From Nitratidesulfovibrio vulgaris str. Hildenborough (lineage in GTDB: Bacteria > Desulfobacterota > Desulfovibrionia > Desulfovibrionales > Desulfovibrionaceae): a stretch of DNA of 32,000 bases. The position numbers and the translations under genes are program-made. The stretch covers positions 1,920,001 through 1,952,000 of the forward strand of contig NC_002937.3 of the NCBI RefSeq assembly GCF_000195755.1, given 5' to 3'. The notes under the pieces are model-generated. The model searched no databases and was not told the origin of the DNA. It saw nothing but the letters and a program-made list of their open reading frames with translations. Shown here piece by piece: positions 17,100 to 28,763 of this stretch (positions are counted from its first letter, which is position 1; each line of letters starts with the position of its first letter).

Positions 17100-18155
17100 C
17101 TACGGCACAAGCACTGTGACGGTGGCGGGTGCCCCGGTACCCCCGACAAGAGGAAGCGGTGCCACGATGATCAACGCCCCAGAAAGCGGCGCGGCATCGA
17201 GCGACCCCAGACATTCCACGACGGCACACCCCCGAGAGAGCGCCGTCCTGTTGCACGAGAACGACGCATCGTCGGGAGCATCCACCCCGTGCGTGTCGAT
17301 ACCGATGCCACCGACATGACGCTCGGCGCACAACCACTGCACAGCACCGGGTGCGAACGAAGGAAAGCGTATCGCATCCGAGTCGCCCGTCCTGCCGAAG
17401 TAGGCTCGCGGGTCATCCCAGTGGCGATGCCAGCCCGTATTGCAGGCCACGAAGGCGCCCCGTGGAATACGCCCGAAACGGTTTTCCCACGCTTCAAGGT
17501 CATCCATGCCGCAAGTGCACCCGCTATCCAGCCCCGCGCGCTTGCGCAAGTCGATAATGACAAGCGGTGCCACCAGCGGCCATGATGCCGCATCCTCCAG
17601 TGACACGCCATCGGGCAGGAAGGATGAGGGCGCGTTGACGTGGGTTCCGCTGTGCTCACCCATGCGAAAGGCCCGCAACCTGTACCCTTCGGTAGAGAAC
17701 GTGGCCACTGTCTCTGCCACCATGGAAGGATCGTCGGGCCAGAGTGGCATGGCAGGGGTTATGGGCTGCGTCGCGTCGATGACACGCCGCCACCTAGCCC
17801 ATCCGGCCCTGTCACACGCACGCCGCCCCGTATTCTCGGCAGGCCTGCGCTCAACGGGACAAGCGACGGAGGCATCAGGCGCAACATCACACTTCAAATC
17901 AACGCGTTCTGCACTGCCCTGAAGGGCCGGGCTGGCTTTCGAGGCGACCAGAGTCTCAGCGTCTGCGCATTCCTCAGGGAAGGCCATGACACGTCCGCCC
18001 GCTACACTTTCAGAACCACGTCCATGACCAGCTTCGCCCCCTGCAGCATGAAGGGCGCCGGTTGCCGACGATTCCTCTGCAGAACGGACCGTTCCATGAC
18101 CAGCCTGTACAGCGGCAGCCGCGTCCGGTGCCTTTGATGGCTTATACACTGTCAC
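17100..18155 (-). CDS. Putative cyclase / kynurenine-formamidase-like family protein with a long low-complexity N-terminal extension; start uncertain
   Basis: C-terminal 230 aa: VIDATQPI..MPLWPDDP...GEHSGTHVNAPSSF...GIGIDTHGVD, the PF04199-type pattern. A GTG at 18155 overlaps the aspA stop (GTGA). Alternative starts are 18149 and 17987. Confidence 0.7.
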   Translation of the reverse strand: MTVYKPSKAPDAAAAVQAGHGTVRSAEESSATGALHAAGGEAGHGRGSESVAGGRVMAFPEECADAETLVASKASPALQGSAERVDLKCDVAPDASVACPVERRPAENTGRRACDRAGWARWRRVIDATQPITPAMPLWPDDPSMVAETVATFSTEGYRLRAFRMGEHSGTHVNAPSSFLPDGVSLEDAASWPLVAPLVIIDLRKRAGLDSGCTCGMDDLEAWENRFGRIPRGAFVACNTGWHRHWDDPRAYFGRTGDSDAIRFPSFAPGAVQWLCAERHVGGIGIDTHGVDAPDDASFSCNRTALSRGCAVVECLGSLDAAPLSGALIIVAPLPLVGGTGAPATVTVLVP

Positions 18156-19558
18156 CTCCGGCGAACATCGCGTGGGGAGAGCATCTTGGCAGGGTCCAGA
18201 AGCTCTTCGAACTCCTCCGGCGTCATGATGCCCTCGGCCTGCAGCACCTCGGGCACGGAACGCCCGCTCTCCTGCGCCTCCTTGGCCAGTCGGGCGGCGG
18301 TCTCATAGCCTATCACCGGAGCAAGCGCCGTGACGACCCCGAGAGAATGCCGCACAAGCTCGAGGCACCGTTCGGGGTTGGCGGTGATGCCGACAACACA
18401 CCGCTCGCGCAGGGTGCGCGACGCCTTCGTGAGCATCTGCAACGACTGGAAGAGGTTGAGGGCGATGACAGGCAGAAAGACATTGAGTTCAAGCTGCCCC
18501 CCCTCGGCGGCGAAGGTCACCGTGAGGTCGTTGCCGATCACCTGATAGCAGACCTGATTGACCACTTCGGGAATGACGGGGTTGACCTTGCCCGGCATGA
18601 TGCTCGACCCCGGCTGCATGGGTGGCAGGTTGATTTCATGCAGACCGGTGAACGGCCCGGAAGCAAGCAGCCGCAGGTCGTTGCATATCTTCGACAGCTT
18701 CACGGCCACGCGTTTGAGCAGACCGGACAGCATGACATAGGCACCTGCGTCACTGGTCGCCTCCACGAGGTTGGCGGCGGTGACCAGAGGCAGACCGCAT
18801 ATATCCGCGAGACGTTCACGTACCAGCGAGGCATATCCCGGCACACTGTTGATGCCGGTGCCGACGGCCGTGGCACCTATGTTCACCTCGCACAGCAGAC
18901 GCGCAGCGTCATCAAGCCTGTCGATGTCCTCGCCGATGGTGACGCCCCATGCCGCGAATTCGGCACCCAGCGTGATGGGGACCGCGTCCTGCAACTGGGT
19001 GCGCGCCATCTTGATGACCCCGGCAAACTCGTCACCTTTCGCGTCGAAGGCGGCCCGCAGGTCGCGCAGCGCCGTTGACAACTCGCGTGCATACCAGACG
19101 AGGGCGATGCGTAGCGCCGTCGGATAGACATCGTTGGTCGACTGCGAGAGGTTCACGTGATTGAGAGGGCTTATGACCTCATAGCGCCCTTTCGGGTGCC
19201 CCAGGAGTTCCAGCGCCCGGTTGGCGATGACCTCGTTGGCGTTCATGTTCACCGAGGTTCCCGCCCCGCCCTGGATGACATCCACGGGAAACTGGTCGTC
19301 GAACCTGCCCGCGCGCACGTCGCGGCAGGCATTGACGATGGCTTCACCGACGCCCGCATCAAGCAGACCGAGTTCCATGTTGGCGAGGGCCGCAGCCTTC
19401 TTGACGGCGGCGAGTGCCTGTATGAACCGCGGAAACGTCGCCACCGGCATGGCCGTTATCTGGAAATTCTCCAAGGCACGCAATGTCTGCACGCCGTAGT
19501 AGACACCGGCAGGAACCCGTTTTTCTCCGAGGCTGTCACGTTCTGTCCTGTATTCCAT
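18152..19558 (-). CDS. aspA: Aspartate ammonia-lyase, 468 aa
   Basis: MEYRTERDSLGEKRVPAGVYYGVQTLRALENF, TQLQDAVPITLGAEF and the fumarate-lyase signature GSSIMPGKVNP. RBS ggagcgcgagATG at the internal start of ORF 18152..19639. Confidence 0.9.
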   Translation of the reverse strand: MEYRTERDSLGEKRVPAGVYYGVQTLRALENFQITAMPVATFPRFIQALAAVKKAAALANMELGLLDAGVGEAIVNACRDVRAGRFDDQFPVDVIQGGAGTSVNMNANEVIANRALELLGHPKGRYEVISPLNHVNLSQSTNDVYPTALRIALVWYARELSTALRDLRAAFDAKGDEFAGVIKMARTQLQDAVPITLGAEFAAWGVTIGEDIDRLDDAARLLCEVNIGATAVGTGINSVPGYASLVRERLADICGLPLVTAANLVEATSDAGAYVMLSGLLKRVAVKLSKICNDLRLLASGPFTGLHEINLPPMQPGSSIMPGKVNPVIPEVVNQVCYQVIGNDLTVTFAAEGGQLELNVFLPVIALNLFQSLQMLTKASRTLRERCVVGITANPERCLELVRHSLGVVTALAPVIGYETAARLAKEAQESGRSVPEVLQAEGIMTPEEFEELLDPAKMLSPRDVRRR

Positions 19559-19689
19559 CTCGCGCTCCGTATGCTTCCGATATTCCGTATGAAGCTCCGC
19601 GGTTGTGACAAGACACGCTTGTTCTTGCGTGTTCAGCAACAGCCTCGCACGAGGTCATCAAGAGTGCAACCATGCGCATCAAAACAGGA

Positions 19690-20052
19690 ACGCCCCGCAC
19701 CGTTTCCGGGGCGGGGCGCGACAGGCACACGACAACCCCGTTCGGGGTTGCGCCACCTGCGGCGGCCTGGCCGCCGGGTGGAAAGGCGCGGGGAACCCGT
19801 GCCTGCTCCCTTTGCCGGGTTGCAGACCACAGTCTGCAACATGAGACGCCCCGCACCGTTTCCGGGGCGGGGCGCGACAGGCGCACGACAACCCCGTTCG
19901 GGGTTGCGCCACCTGCGGCGGACAGGCCGCCGGGTGGAAAGGCACGGCACGCGGTCGCTCACGGCGCGGGGAACCCGCGCCTGCTCCCTTTGCCGGGTTG
20001 CAGACCACAGTCTGCAACATGAGACGCCCCGCACCGTTTCCGGGGCGGGGCG
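19690..20052. repeat. Tandem repeat, 2.2 copies of a 156/178-bp hairpin-dense unit, in the ppiB-aspA spacer
   Basis: Unit starts (ACGCCCCGCACCGTTTCCGGGGCGGGGCG) are at 19690, 19846 and 20024. Copies 1 and 2 differ by a few substitutions plus a 22-bp insertion (19943-19964 region). Each unit contains at least 5 GC-rich stem-loops. Confidence 0.9.
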
Positions 20053-20073
20053 TCTCATGACAAACCTGCAGGG

Positions 20074-20673
20074 CTATTTCAGTACGGTAGCCTTGGTGAT
20101 GACCACAGGAGTACGCGGAACATTCTCATGGAAGCCATAGCTGCCAGTGGGAACGCCCTTGATCTTGTCGACAACGTCAGTGCCTTCAACCACACGCCCG
20201 AAGACGGCGTAGCCCCAACCCTGCCCCGCAGGTGCACGGAAGTTGAGGAAGTCGTTGTCCTTCACGTTGATGAAGAACTGGGCCGTGGCGGAATGAGGGT
20301 CGTTGGTGCGCGCCATGGCCAGCGTGTACTTCTTGTTGCCAAGACCGTTGGACGCCTCGTTTTCGATAGGGGCGCGGGTCTTCTTCTCGACCATGTTGGC
20401 GTCGTAGCCACCACCCTGAATCATGAAGCCATCCATGACGCGATGGAAGATGGTGCCGTCATAGTGACCTTCTTCCACGTACTGGCGGAAGTTAGCGGCG
20501 GTCTTGGGAGCCTTTTCATCGTCGAGTTCGATGACGATGTCACCCATGCTGGTTTCGAGCTTGATCATTGTATGGCCTCCATTGACCGGTGCGGCATACC
20601 CCTGCGGTGAAACACAGAGAATGCCCGCGACCAGTGCGATGATCATGAGAATGTCACGCATGGCACTGCTCAC
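20074..20673 (-). CDS. Cyclophilin-type peptidyl-prolyl cis-trans isomerase with a signal peptide, about 195-199 aa
   Basis: Signal peptide [20 protein letters not shown]. Cyclophilin core [14 protein letters not shown]...[14 protein letters not shown]...SATAQFFIN. Confidence 0.9.
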   Translation of the reverse strand: MSSAMRDILMIIALVAGILCVSPQGYAAPVNGGHTMIKLETSMGDIVIELDDEKAPKTAANFRQYVEEGHYDGTIFHRVMDGFMIQGGGYDANMVEKKTRAPIENEASNGLGNKKYTLAMARTNDPHSATAQFFINVKDNDFLNFRAPAGQGWGYAVFGRVVEGTDVVDKIKGVPTGSYGFHENVPRTPVVITKATVLK

Positions 20674-20824
20674 TTCGTTGAGGTTGATGCGTTGCCGTGC
20701 GGGGTTCTACCAGAAGCGTTGCTCAAGGGCAAACACTGACGCACACGCCCGACACGCATGGCACTACCATCAGCTGCAGAGCGACCCCGCAGAACAGGAG
20801 CAGCACCACAGAGTCATGCCGCTA

Positions 20825-20854
20825 CCGACCACGACCTCAAGCAGTCGTGGTCGG
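20825..20854 (-). terminator. Stem-loop just downstream of clpB (no U-tract)
   Basis: CCGACCACGAC-ctcaagca-GTCGTGGTCGG has an 11-bp perfect stem, 17 nt after the clpB stop. Confidence 0.35.
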
Positions 20855-20870
20855 CAGCGGGCAGAGAGTC

Positions 20871-23468
<2,598 letters not shown>

Positions 23469-23492
23469 GGCGCGTTCCTCCTTGTACGTCCG

Positions 23493-23810
23493 CTACCTGC
23501 GGATCGAGACCTCGAGTTCGCGAATTCTGCTGTTGAGGGTGTCTATGCGGTCGAGCAGGTCGACGATGATGATGCCGCCGACGCTCGGCAACTCGAAATC
23601 AGCGCAGATGCGTTCGAGCTTGCGAATGCGATAGACGTCGATCTGCCTGAAGAGCATGGCCTCTACCGGTGTCATCACCGGCTCTATCCACCCGAGTTCT
23701 ATGAGCTCGTTGAGACGGGCTGGAAGAATGGCCGCAAGTTCCAGAAACTCGGCCCTTGCGATCAGTTCCGAACGGATGGGCAGACCGGCTACGCTGTGCT
23801 TACCTTCCAT
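23493..23810 (-). CDS. cbpM: CbpM-like / MerR-fold chaperone modulatory protein, 105 aa
   Basis: Small protein between the cbpA-like and clpB genes. ELIELGWIEP...FRQIDVYRIRKLERI resembles the CbpM/MerR_2 helix pattern. The assignment rests largely on position. Confidence 0.6.
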   Translation of the reverse strand: MEGKHSVAGLPIRSELIARAEFLELAAILPARLNELIELGWIEPVMTPVEAMLFRQIDVYRIRKLERICADFELPSVGGIIIVDLLDRIDTLNSRIRELEVSIRR

Positions 23811-23842
23811 GTTGTTCTCCTCGTCGGGCCGGAGTTGAGGCG

Positions 23843-24793
23843 TTACCGCCCTTCACGCGCCCGGAACGACGATTCGCGGGCCAGGGTTTCCCAGAGTTCA
23901 CGCTCTCGCGGCGTCAGCGTGTCGGGCACGCGCACCACGATGCGCACGAATTGATCGCCACGCTTGCCCACCGGGCCAAGACCGCGCCCCTTGAGCCGCA
24001 GCTTGCGGCCGCTGCCGGTGCCGGGAGGCACGGCGATGTCCACCTCGCCATCCAGCGTGGGCACGCGCACCGTGGTTCCCAGTGTCGCCTCCCATGGTGC
24101 GAGGGGCAAGTCGTAGACGAGGTTCGACTCCTCGACGGCGAAAAGCGGATGCTGCGCGAGGCGCACCTTGAGGTACAGGTCGCCCGCAGGGGCTCCACCC
24201 ATGCCCGGGTCGCCCTGTCCGGCAAGGCGTATCCGGGCGCCATCGCGAACGCCTGCGGGGATGTTCACCTCGAGCGTACGCGGCCCGGTCTGCCCTTGCA
24301 GGGTGATGGCGCGCCTTCCACCCCCGTGCACCTCTTCGAGGGTCAGGGCTATCTCGGCCTCCACGTCACGCCCCTTGCGCTGACGCCCGGAGAAACCGCC
24401 GAAGGGGTCTGGGCCGAAGCCTCCCCCACCCCGCCTGCCAGCGCCTGCGCCACCGAAGAGCGTCTCGAAGAAGTCGCTGAAGCCCGCCCCGCCGAAGCCC
24501 TGCCCGCCGCCGAAGTCGAAGCGGACGTTCTCGAAGTCCGGTGCCCCCTGAAAGTTCTGTCCGTGCTGCCAGTTGGGCCCGAGTTGATCGTAGAGCTTGC
24601 GCTTCTCGTCGTCCTTGAGCACTTCGTAGGCCTCGTTGATCTCCTTGAAGCTCTCCTCGGCCTTCTTGTCTCCCGGATTGAGGTCGGGATGGTACTTGCG
24701 GGCCAGCTTCTTGTAGGCCTTGGCAATCTCATCCCGTGAGGCGGTGCGGCTCACGCCCAGCAGCTTGTAGTAGTCCTTGAACTCGACACCCAT
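23843..24793 (-). CDS. cbpA: DnaJ-class co-chaperone without a zinc finger (CbpA-like curved-DNA-binding protein), 316 aa
   Basis: J-domain [34 protein letters not shown] (HPD), a G/F-rich linker, and C-terminal substrate-binding domains. No CxxCxGxG repeats. Confidence 0.85.
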   Translation of the reverse strand: MGVEFKDYYKLLGVSRTASRDEIAKAYKKLARKYHPDLNPGDKKAEESFKEINEAYEVLKDDEKRKLYDQLGPNWQHGQNFQGAPDFENVRFDFGGGQGFGGAGFSDFFETLFGGAGAGRRGGGGFGPDPFGGFSGRQRKGRDVEAEIALTLEEVHGGGRRAITLQGQTGPRTLEVNIPAGVRDGARIRLAGQGDPGMGGAPAGDLYLKVRLAQHPLFAVEESNLVYDLPLAPWEATLGTTVRVPTLDGEVDIAVPPGTGSGRKLRLKGRGLGPVGKRGDQFVRIVVRVPDTLTPRERELWETLARESSFRAREGR

Positions 24794-24850
24794 CTCGTAT
24801 AGCTCTCCTGTTGACGGTGCCAGTTTCTGCACTCGTCGATTTCGTCCTTT

Positions 24851-24878
24851 TAGATAAGCCGCCCTAACCGGCAGTCAA
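24851..24878 (-). promoter_or_regulatory. sigma70-like promoter candidate for cbpA-cbpM-clpB
   Basis: The minus strand reads TTGACT-16 nt-TATCTA, about 55 nt upstream of the cbpA ATG. Confidence 0.3.
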
Positions 24879-24935
24879 GAAAGGGGTACGCATCGGGATG
24901 CATTCATCCCGCGCCGCCCCGTCAGGATATGCAAC

Positions 24936-26036
24936 ATGCTCCGCAGCCTTCCGGTACTCATGTACCACTACATCAGCCGCGTCCACGATTCCATCGCCGT
25001 ACACCCCGACCAGTTCGAAGACCATTGCCGGGGCATGGCCGCCGAGGGCTGGCGCGGCGTGAGCCTTGCCGAGGCTGAAGCGTTCCTTGCCGAGGGCACG
25101 CCACTGCCCGAACGTTCCGTGCTCATCACCTTCGACGACGGCTTTCTCGACAACTACGTCCACGCCCTGCCCATTCTCGAAAAGTACGGGCACTGCGGCA
25201 CGGTGTTCGCCACGGCGGGCAAACTCGAAACCGCAGCCGGGCTGCGCCCCACCCTCGCCGACGTATGGTCGGGGCGCATCCCCGCCGAGGGGTTGCCCCG
25301 TGTGGACGCCCCCTTCGTGAAGCACAGGCTTGGCTTCGATGAACGGCACGACCTGTTCCTCAACTGGGACGAGGCCCGTCATGCCGAATCGACAGGCACC
25401 CTCGCGGTGGCGGCCCACTCCATGTGGCATCGCAGCGTCTTCACCTCGGCTTCGTATGAGGGCTTCTACGCCCCGCAACGCCGGGGGCGCACCTTCGACC
25501 GCGTGGAGGGCGACGTGCCGTGGGGGCTGCCGCGCTTCAAGGTGGGTCCGGCACTGCGCGAACGCGCCTTCCTGCCTTCGGCCGAACTTCTGCACGCCAT
25601 CCGCGAGACCGTACCGCAGGACAAGGACGGAGCCTACGCCTTTTTCTCCGACACCGCCGCGACAGAGCGCCTGATGCATACGGTGGAGGCATTCGGCGCG
25701 GACGGTCTCGGCAGGTTCGAGACCGACGCGGAACGGACAGAACGCATGTACCGCGAGATGCGTGACTGCAAGCAGCTTCTCGAGAACGAACTGGGGCATC
25801 CCGTCACCACCTTCTGCTGGCCTTGGGGGGCCTTCTGCGACGAGGCCCTCGCCATAGGGCGTGAGCTTGGCTTCAGGGTCTTCCTGACCACGCTCATGGG
25901 GTCCAACCCGCCATCAGCACCGCTTGCCGTGCACCGGTTCAAGGCCAAGGCGAAACCGTGGTCTTGGCTTCGCCTTCGTCTGCATGTCTATTCCCGCCCG
26001 CTGCTTGCGAACCTGTATGCGAGGATGCGCCTGTGA
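24936..26036 (+). CDS. Polysaccharide deacetylase (NodB-homology, CE4-like) family protein, 366 aa
   Basis: VLMYHYIS...VLITFDDGFLDNYVHALPILEKYGHCGTVFA...HSMWH are the typical NodB-domain motifs. Confidence 0.8.
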   Translation: MLRSLPVLMYHYISRVHDSIAVHPDQFEDHCRGMAAEGWRGVSLAEAEAFLAEGTPLPERSVLITFDDGFLDNYVHALPILEKYGHCGTVFATAGKLETAAGLRPTLADVWSGRIPAEGLPRVDAPFVKHRLGFDERHDLFLNWDEARHAESTGTLAVAAHSMWHRSVFTSASYEGFYAPQRRGRTFDRVEGDVPWGLPRFKVGPALRERAFLPSAELLHAIRETVPQDKDGAYAFFSDTAATERLMHTVEAFGADGLGRFETDAERTERMYREMRDCKQLLENELGHPVTTFCWPWGAFCDEALAIGRELGFRVFLTTLMGSNPPSAPLAVHRFKAKAKPWSWLRLRLHVYSRPLLANLYARMRL

Positions 26037-26180
26037 CCGCGCAGGGCACGTGAACGACACCCGCCAGACAACGCCAAGCCGGGCGACGCTAGGCCGGGCG
26101 CCGTATGCACGGAAACGCACAGACGCCCGGGATGACCAGAGGTGCCGCGTCCGCCCCGACCATCCCGGTGACCTGAGCGC

Positions 26181-26217
26181 AAAAGAAACAGGCCGGAAGC
26201 TCTGCTCCCGGCCTGTT
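26181..26217 (-). terminator. Rho-independent terminator after the threonine aldolase gene
   Basis: The minus strand reads AACAGGCCGG-gagcagagctt-CCGGCCTGTT followed by tcttttg. Confidence 0.55.
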
Positions 26218-26234
26218 GTCATCACGTGAGGCTG

Positions 26235-27257
26235 CTATGCCAGCCGTTTGATGGCGTGCACGAACTCCATGACCTGTTCCTCGGTGGAGTCGAAGCTGGT
26301 CATCCAGCGCACCTCGTGCAGCACCGGGTCCCACTCATAGAAATAGAAGTCCTTCTGCAGTGCCGCGATATGTTCCGGCGAAAGCCGGGCGAACACGGCG
26401 TTTGCCTCAACGGGCCGGGTGATGGTCACATGGGGCAGACCGCGCAGGCTTTCAGCCATGAGCCGTGCCATGCTGTTGGCGTTACGGGCGTTCTCAAGCC
26501 ACAGACCATCACGCAGAAGTTCGATGAACTGCGCCGCGATGAAGCGCATCTTCGAGACCAGTTGCATCCCCTGCTTGCGGATGAACTTGAATTCGCTTGC
26601 CAGTTCACGATTGAAGAAGATGACGGCTTCACCGAACATCATGCCGTTCTTGGTGCCGCCGAACGAGAGCACATCGACCCCCGTGTCACGGGTGAGGGCC
26701 GCCAGCCCGGTATCGAGTGCCGCCGCCGCGTTGCACAGCCGTGCACCATCCATGTGCAGCAGCATGCCGTTGGCGTGGGCGAAATCGGCCAGCGCGCGTA
26801 TCTGCGCCGGCGAGTACACCGTGCCGAGTTCAGTCGTCTGGGTGATGGAGATGACACGGGGCTGGCTGTGGTGGAAATTACCCAGCGAGTGCATGAGGGG
26901 CACGATGTCCATGACCCGGATGCGACCGTCGTGCGACGGGATGACCTGCAACTTCGACCCGGTCACCGACTCCGGCGCGCCGCATTCATCGACATTGATA
27001 TGGGCCACATCGGCGCAGACCACCGAATGCCAGGGGCGCGTGACGGATTTGAGTCCCAGCACGTTCGCAGCGGTGCCCAGAAAGACGAAATACAGGTCGA
27101 TGTCATCACCGAAGTGTCCGCGGAAGACATCCGCAGCCTCACTTGTCCACGGGTCCATGCCGTAGGCCTTGGCGTGGCCTTCGTTGGCGGAGGCCATGGC
27201 GGCGAGGATGCGCGGATGCACCCCTGCTGTGTTGTCGCTGGCGAAACTCTTGAGCAT
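26235..27257 (-). CDS. ltaE: Low-specificity L-threonine aldolase (PLP-dependent, beta-eliminating lyase family), 340 aa
   Basis: MLKSFASDNTAGVHPRILAAM...LSFGGTKNG (PLP-Lys region). Strong RBS gaggaggaacaggATG at the internal start of ORF 26235..27398. Confidence 0.85.
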   Translation of the reverse strand: MLKSFASDNTAGVHPRILAAMASANEGHAKAYGMDPWTSEAADVFRGHFGDDIDLYFVFLGTAANVLGLKSVTRPWHSVVCADVAHINVDECGAPESVTGSKLQVIPSHDGRIRVMDIVPLMHSLGNFHHSQPRVISITQTTELGTVYSPAQIRALADFAHANGMLLHMDGARLCNAAAALDTGLAALTRDTGVDVLSFGGTKNGMMFGEAVIFFNRELASEFKFIRKQGMQLVSKMRFIAAQFIELLRDGLWLENARNANSMARLMAESLRGLPHVTITRPVEANAVFARLSPEHIAALQKDFYFYEWDPVLHEVRWMTSFDSTEEQVMEFVHAIKRLA

Positions 27258-27268
27258 CCTGTTCCTCC

Positions 27269-28438
27269 TCATACGCGCGGCGGGCATTGCCGCCGTGAGA
27301 GTGCCTCGTTGTAGACGCGTAACGTCGCGTCCCTGAAATCTTCGCTTCGCAATGAAGCCATGCGACGCACACAGGCTGCGCGAAGCCCCTCGCGCCATGA
27401 TGCGTCGTCGTGCACGCGGGCAAGCAAGGCTGCCAATGCCTGTACGTCACCGGGCGGACACATGGCATCGCCGGGAAGCAGGTCGGGCATGACGCCCACG
27501 GTACTCGACACCAGCGGTACGCCACAGGCCATAATCTCCAGTGCGGCGCGGGCGATGGCCTCCGACCACAGCGAGGGCACCACCCCCGCATCCATGGCGG
27601 AGATGCAGCCGACCACATCAGGGTGTCGCCCGGTGATGGCGGTGATGTCACCGACCCCCGCGTCGCGTATCCACCCTTCGACCTCGGCCTGCGTGGTGGC
27701 GGTCTCGAAACCTGCCAGCATGAGCCGCAGGTTGTGATACCCCTGTGAACGGAGACGTGCCACGGCCTCTATGGTCTCCTTCTGCGCCTTCACCCTGTCG
27801 AAGCGCCCAAGCAGCCCTATCACGAAGGCATCATCACCCCATCCGTATCCCTGTCTGACAGCAACGCGCCCTGCGGGGTCGAAGCGGAACCTGTCCGCAT
27901 CCACACCACCGATGATGGTATGCACCCGGTCGGAAGCGACCCCCATGTTATCAGCCATATGGCGCGCCATGACGGAATTGGTGGCAATGACGGCGTCGAC
28001 CACGCGGGAGTGCAGCAGTCTGTTGGGCAGATTGCCCTTGGGCAGGCGCTGGTCGCCGCGTGTACGGACAAGGGCGAACCCTGCCTCCCGCCGCAGCACG
28101 GCCCAGAGAGGCACCCCTTCGCCCCTGTGACAGTTGACCACATGGGGCCGGAACGCCTGCACCAGCCGACGCATGGAGACGTAGAGACCGGGCCAGTGCA
28201 GAGGATTGCCCGTGTTGAGTGGCAGAGGGACAGGGTCTAGCCCCAGAGACACGGCCTTCTCGAACGAAGCTGTGCCCGCAAGACCTATGACGAGCGTCTC
28301 ATGCCCGGAAGCGCGCAGCAGACGCGCCAGTTCAATGCCGTACCATGCGGTGGCATTGAACCAGCGCACGTTGACGACCTGAATGGTACGCAAACCCCCG
28401 GCTGCCGGGGCGGAAGGGACGGGATGGCGAACGTTCAC
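27269..28438 (-). CDS. Glycosyltransferase, GT4 (group 1) family, 389 aa
   Basis: GT-B architecture. N-terminal VVNVRWFNATAWYGIELARLL, and C-terminal PSLWSEAIARAALEIMACGVPLVSSTVG (the E-x7-E-type region). GTG start, so the boundary is uncertain. Confidence 0.85.
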   Translation of the reverse strand: MNVRHPVPSAPAAGGLRTIQVVNVRWFNATAWYGIELARLLRASGHETLVIGLAGTASFEKAVSLGLDPVPLPLNTGNPLHWPGLYVSMRRLVQAFRPHVVNCHRGEGVPLWAVLRREAGFALVRTRGDQRLPKGNLPNRLLHSRVVDAVIATNSVMARHMADNMGVASDRVHTIIGGVDADRFRFDPAGRVAVRQGYGWGDDAFVIGLLGRFDRVKAQKETIEAVARLRSQGYHNLRLMLAGFETATTQAEVEGWIRDAGVGDITAITGRHPDVVGCISAMDAGVVPSLWSEAIARAALEIMACGVPLVSSTVGVMPDLLPGDAMCPPGDVQALAALLARVHDDASWREGLRAACVRRMASLRSEDFRDATLRVYNEALSRRQCPPRV

Positions 28439-28684
28439 GCGGGAGTCATGCCAGCATCGACCACGGATGACAAGAGCGGGCTGCGATTACTGCCAACGTT
28501 CCATGCCCTCCCGCCGGTCAGTATGGAACGCCAACGGACGGAGGCCGTCTGGCGCCCCTGCCCTCAGGACGACAGAGTATTGACGATGCATCCTACCGGC
28601 CAGATGGCTGGACGGCGGATGACAGGAGGAAGTGACAGGGTGACGGAGGCATCAGGGCGGCACACATGAATGCGGGCAAGCGTC

Positions 28685-28753
28685 GCAACAGGTGCAACTG
28701 TGTCAGCCGACGCAACTATGGCAACTGCGCAACTGGCGTAATCGGTGCAACTG
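28685..28753. repeat. Array of six GCAAC(T/A)(G/A) heptamers with about 9-bp phasing
   Basis: Copies start at 28685, 28694, 28712, 28721, 28729 and 28747 (spacings 9, 18, 9, 8, 18). Longer repeat GCAACTGGCGT occurs twice, at 28729 and 28747. Confidence 0.6.
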
Positions 28754-28763
28754 GCGTGTAAGG

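Noticed and set aside
19672-20058. Possible CRISPR array or repeat-protein genes in the tandem repeat
   Set aside because: There are only 2.2 copies of a 156-178-bp unit, with no short repeat/spacer alternation and no cas genes. ORFs exist in several frames on both strands with mirrored repeat peptides, which argues against coding.
18062-20140. Plus-strand ORFs 18062..19078 (338 aa) and 19157..20140 (327 aa)
   Set aside because: They are antisense to aspA, whose lyase signature is clear. The second also runs through the tandem repeat and simply translates the repeat twice (RPAPFPGRGATG...).
24794-24935. sigma32 promoter, CIRCE or HspR (HAIR) operator upstream of cbpA
   Set aside because: CTTGACT is present, but the downstream element (CTTATCTA) matches CCCCATNT poorly. 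No TTAGCACTC-N9-GAGTGCTAA or CTTGAGT-N7-ACTCAAG inverted repeat is visible. Only a generic sigma70-like hexamer pair is reported.
23756-27314. Long ORFs 23756..24739 (+), 24864..25799 (-) and 26226..27314 (+)
   Set aside because: Each is the reverse-strand shadow of a gene with clear family motifs: the cbpA J-domain, the NodB deacetylase motifs, and the threonine aldolase PLP region.
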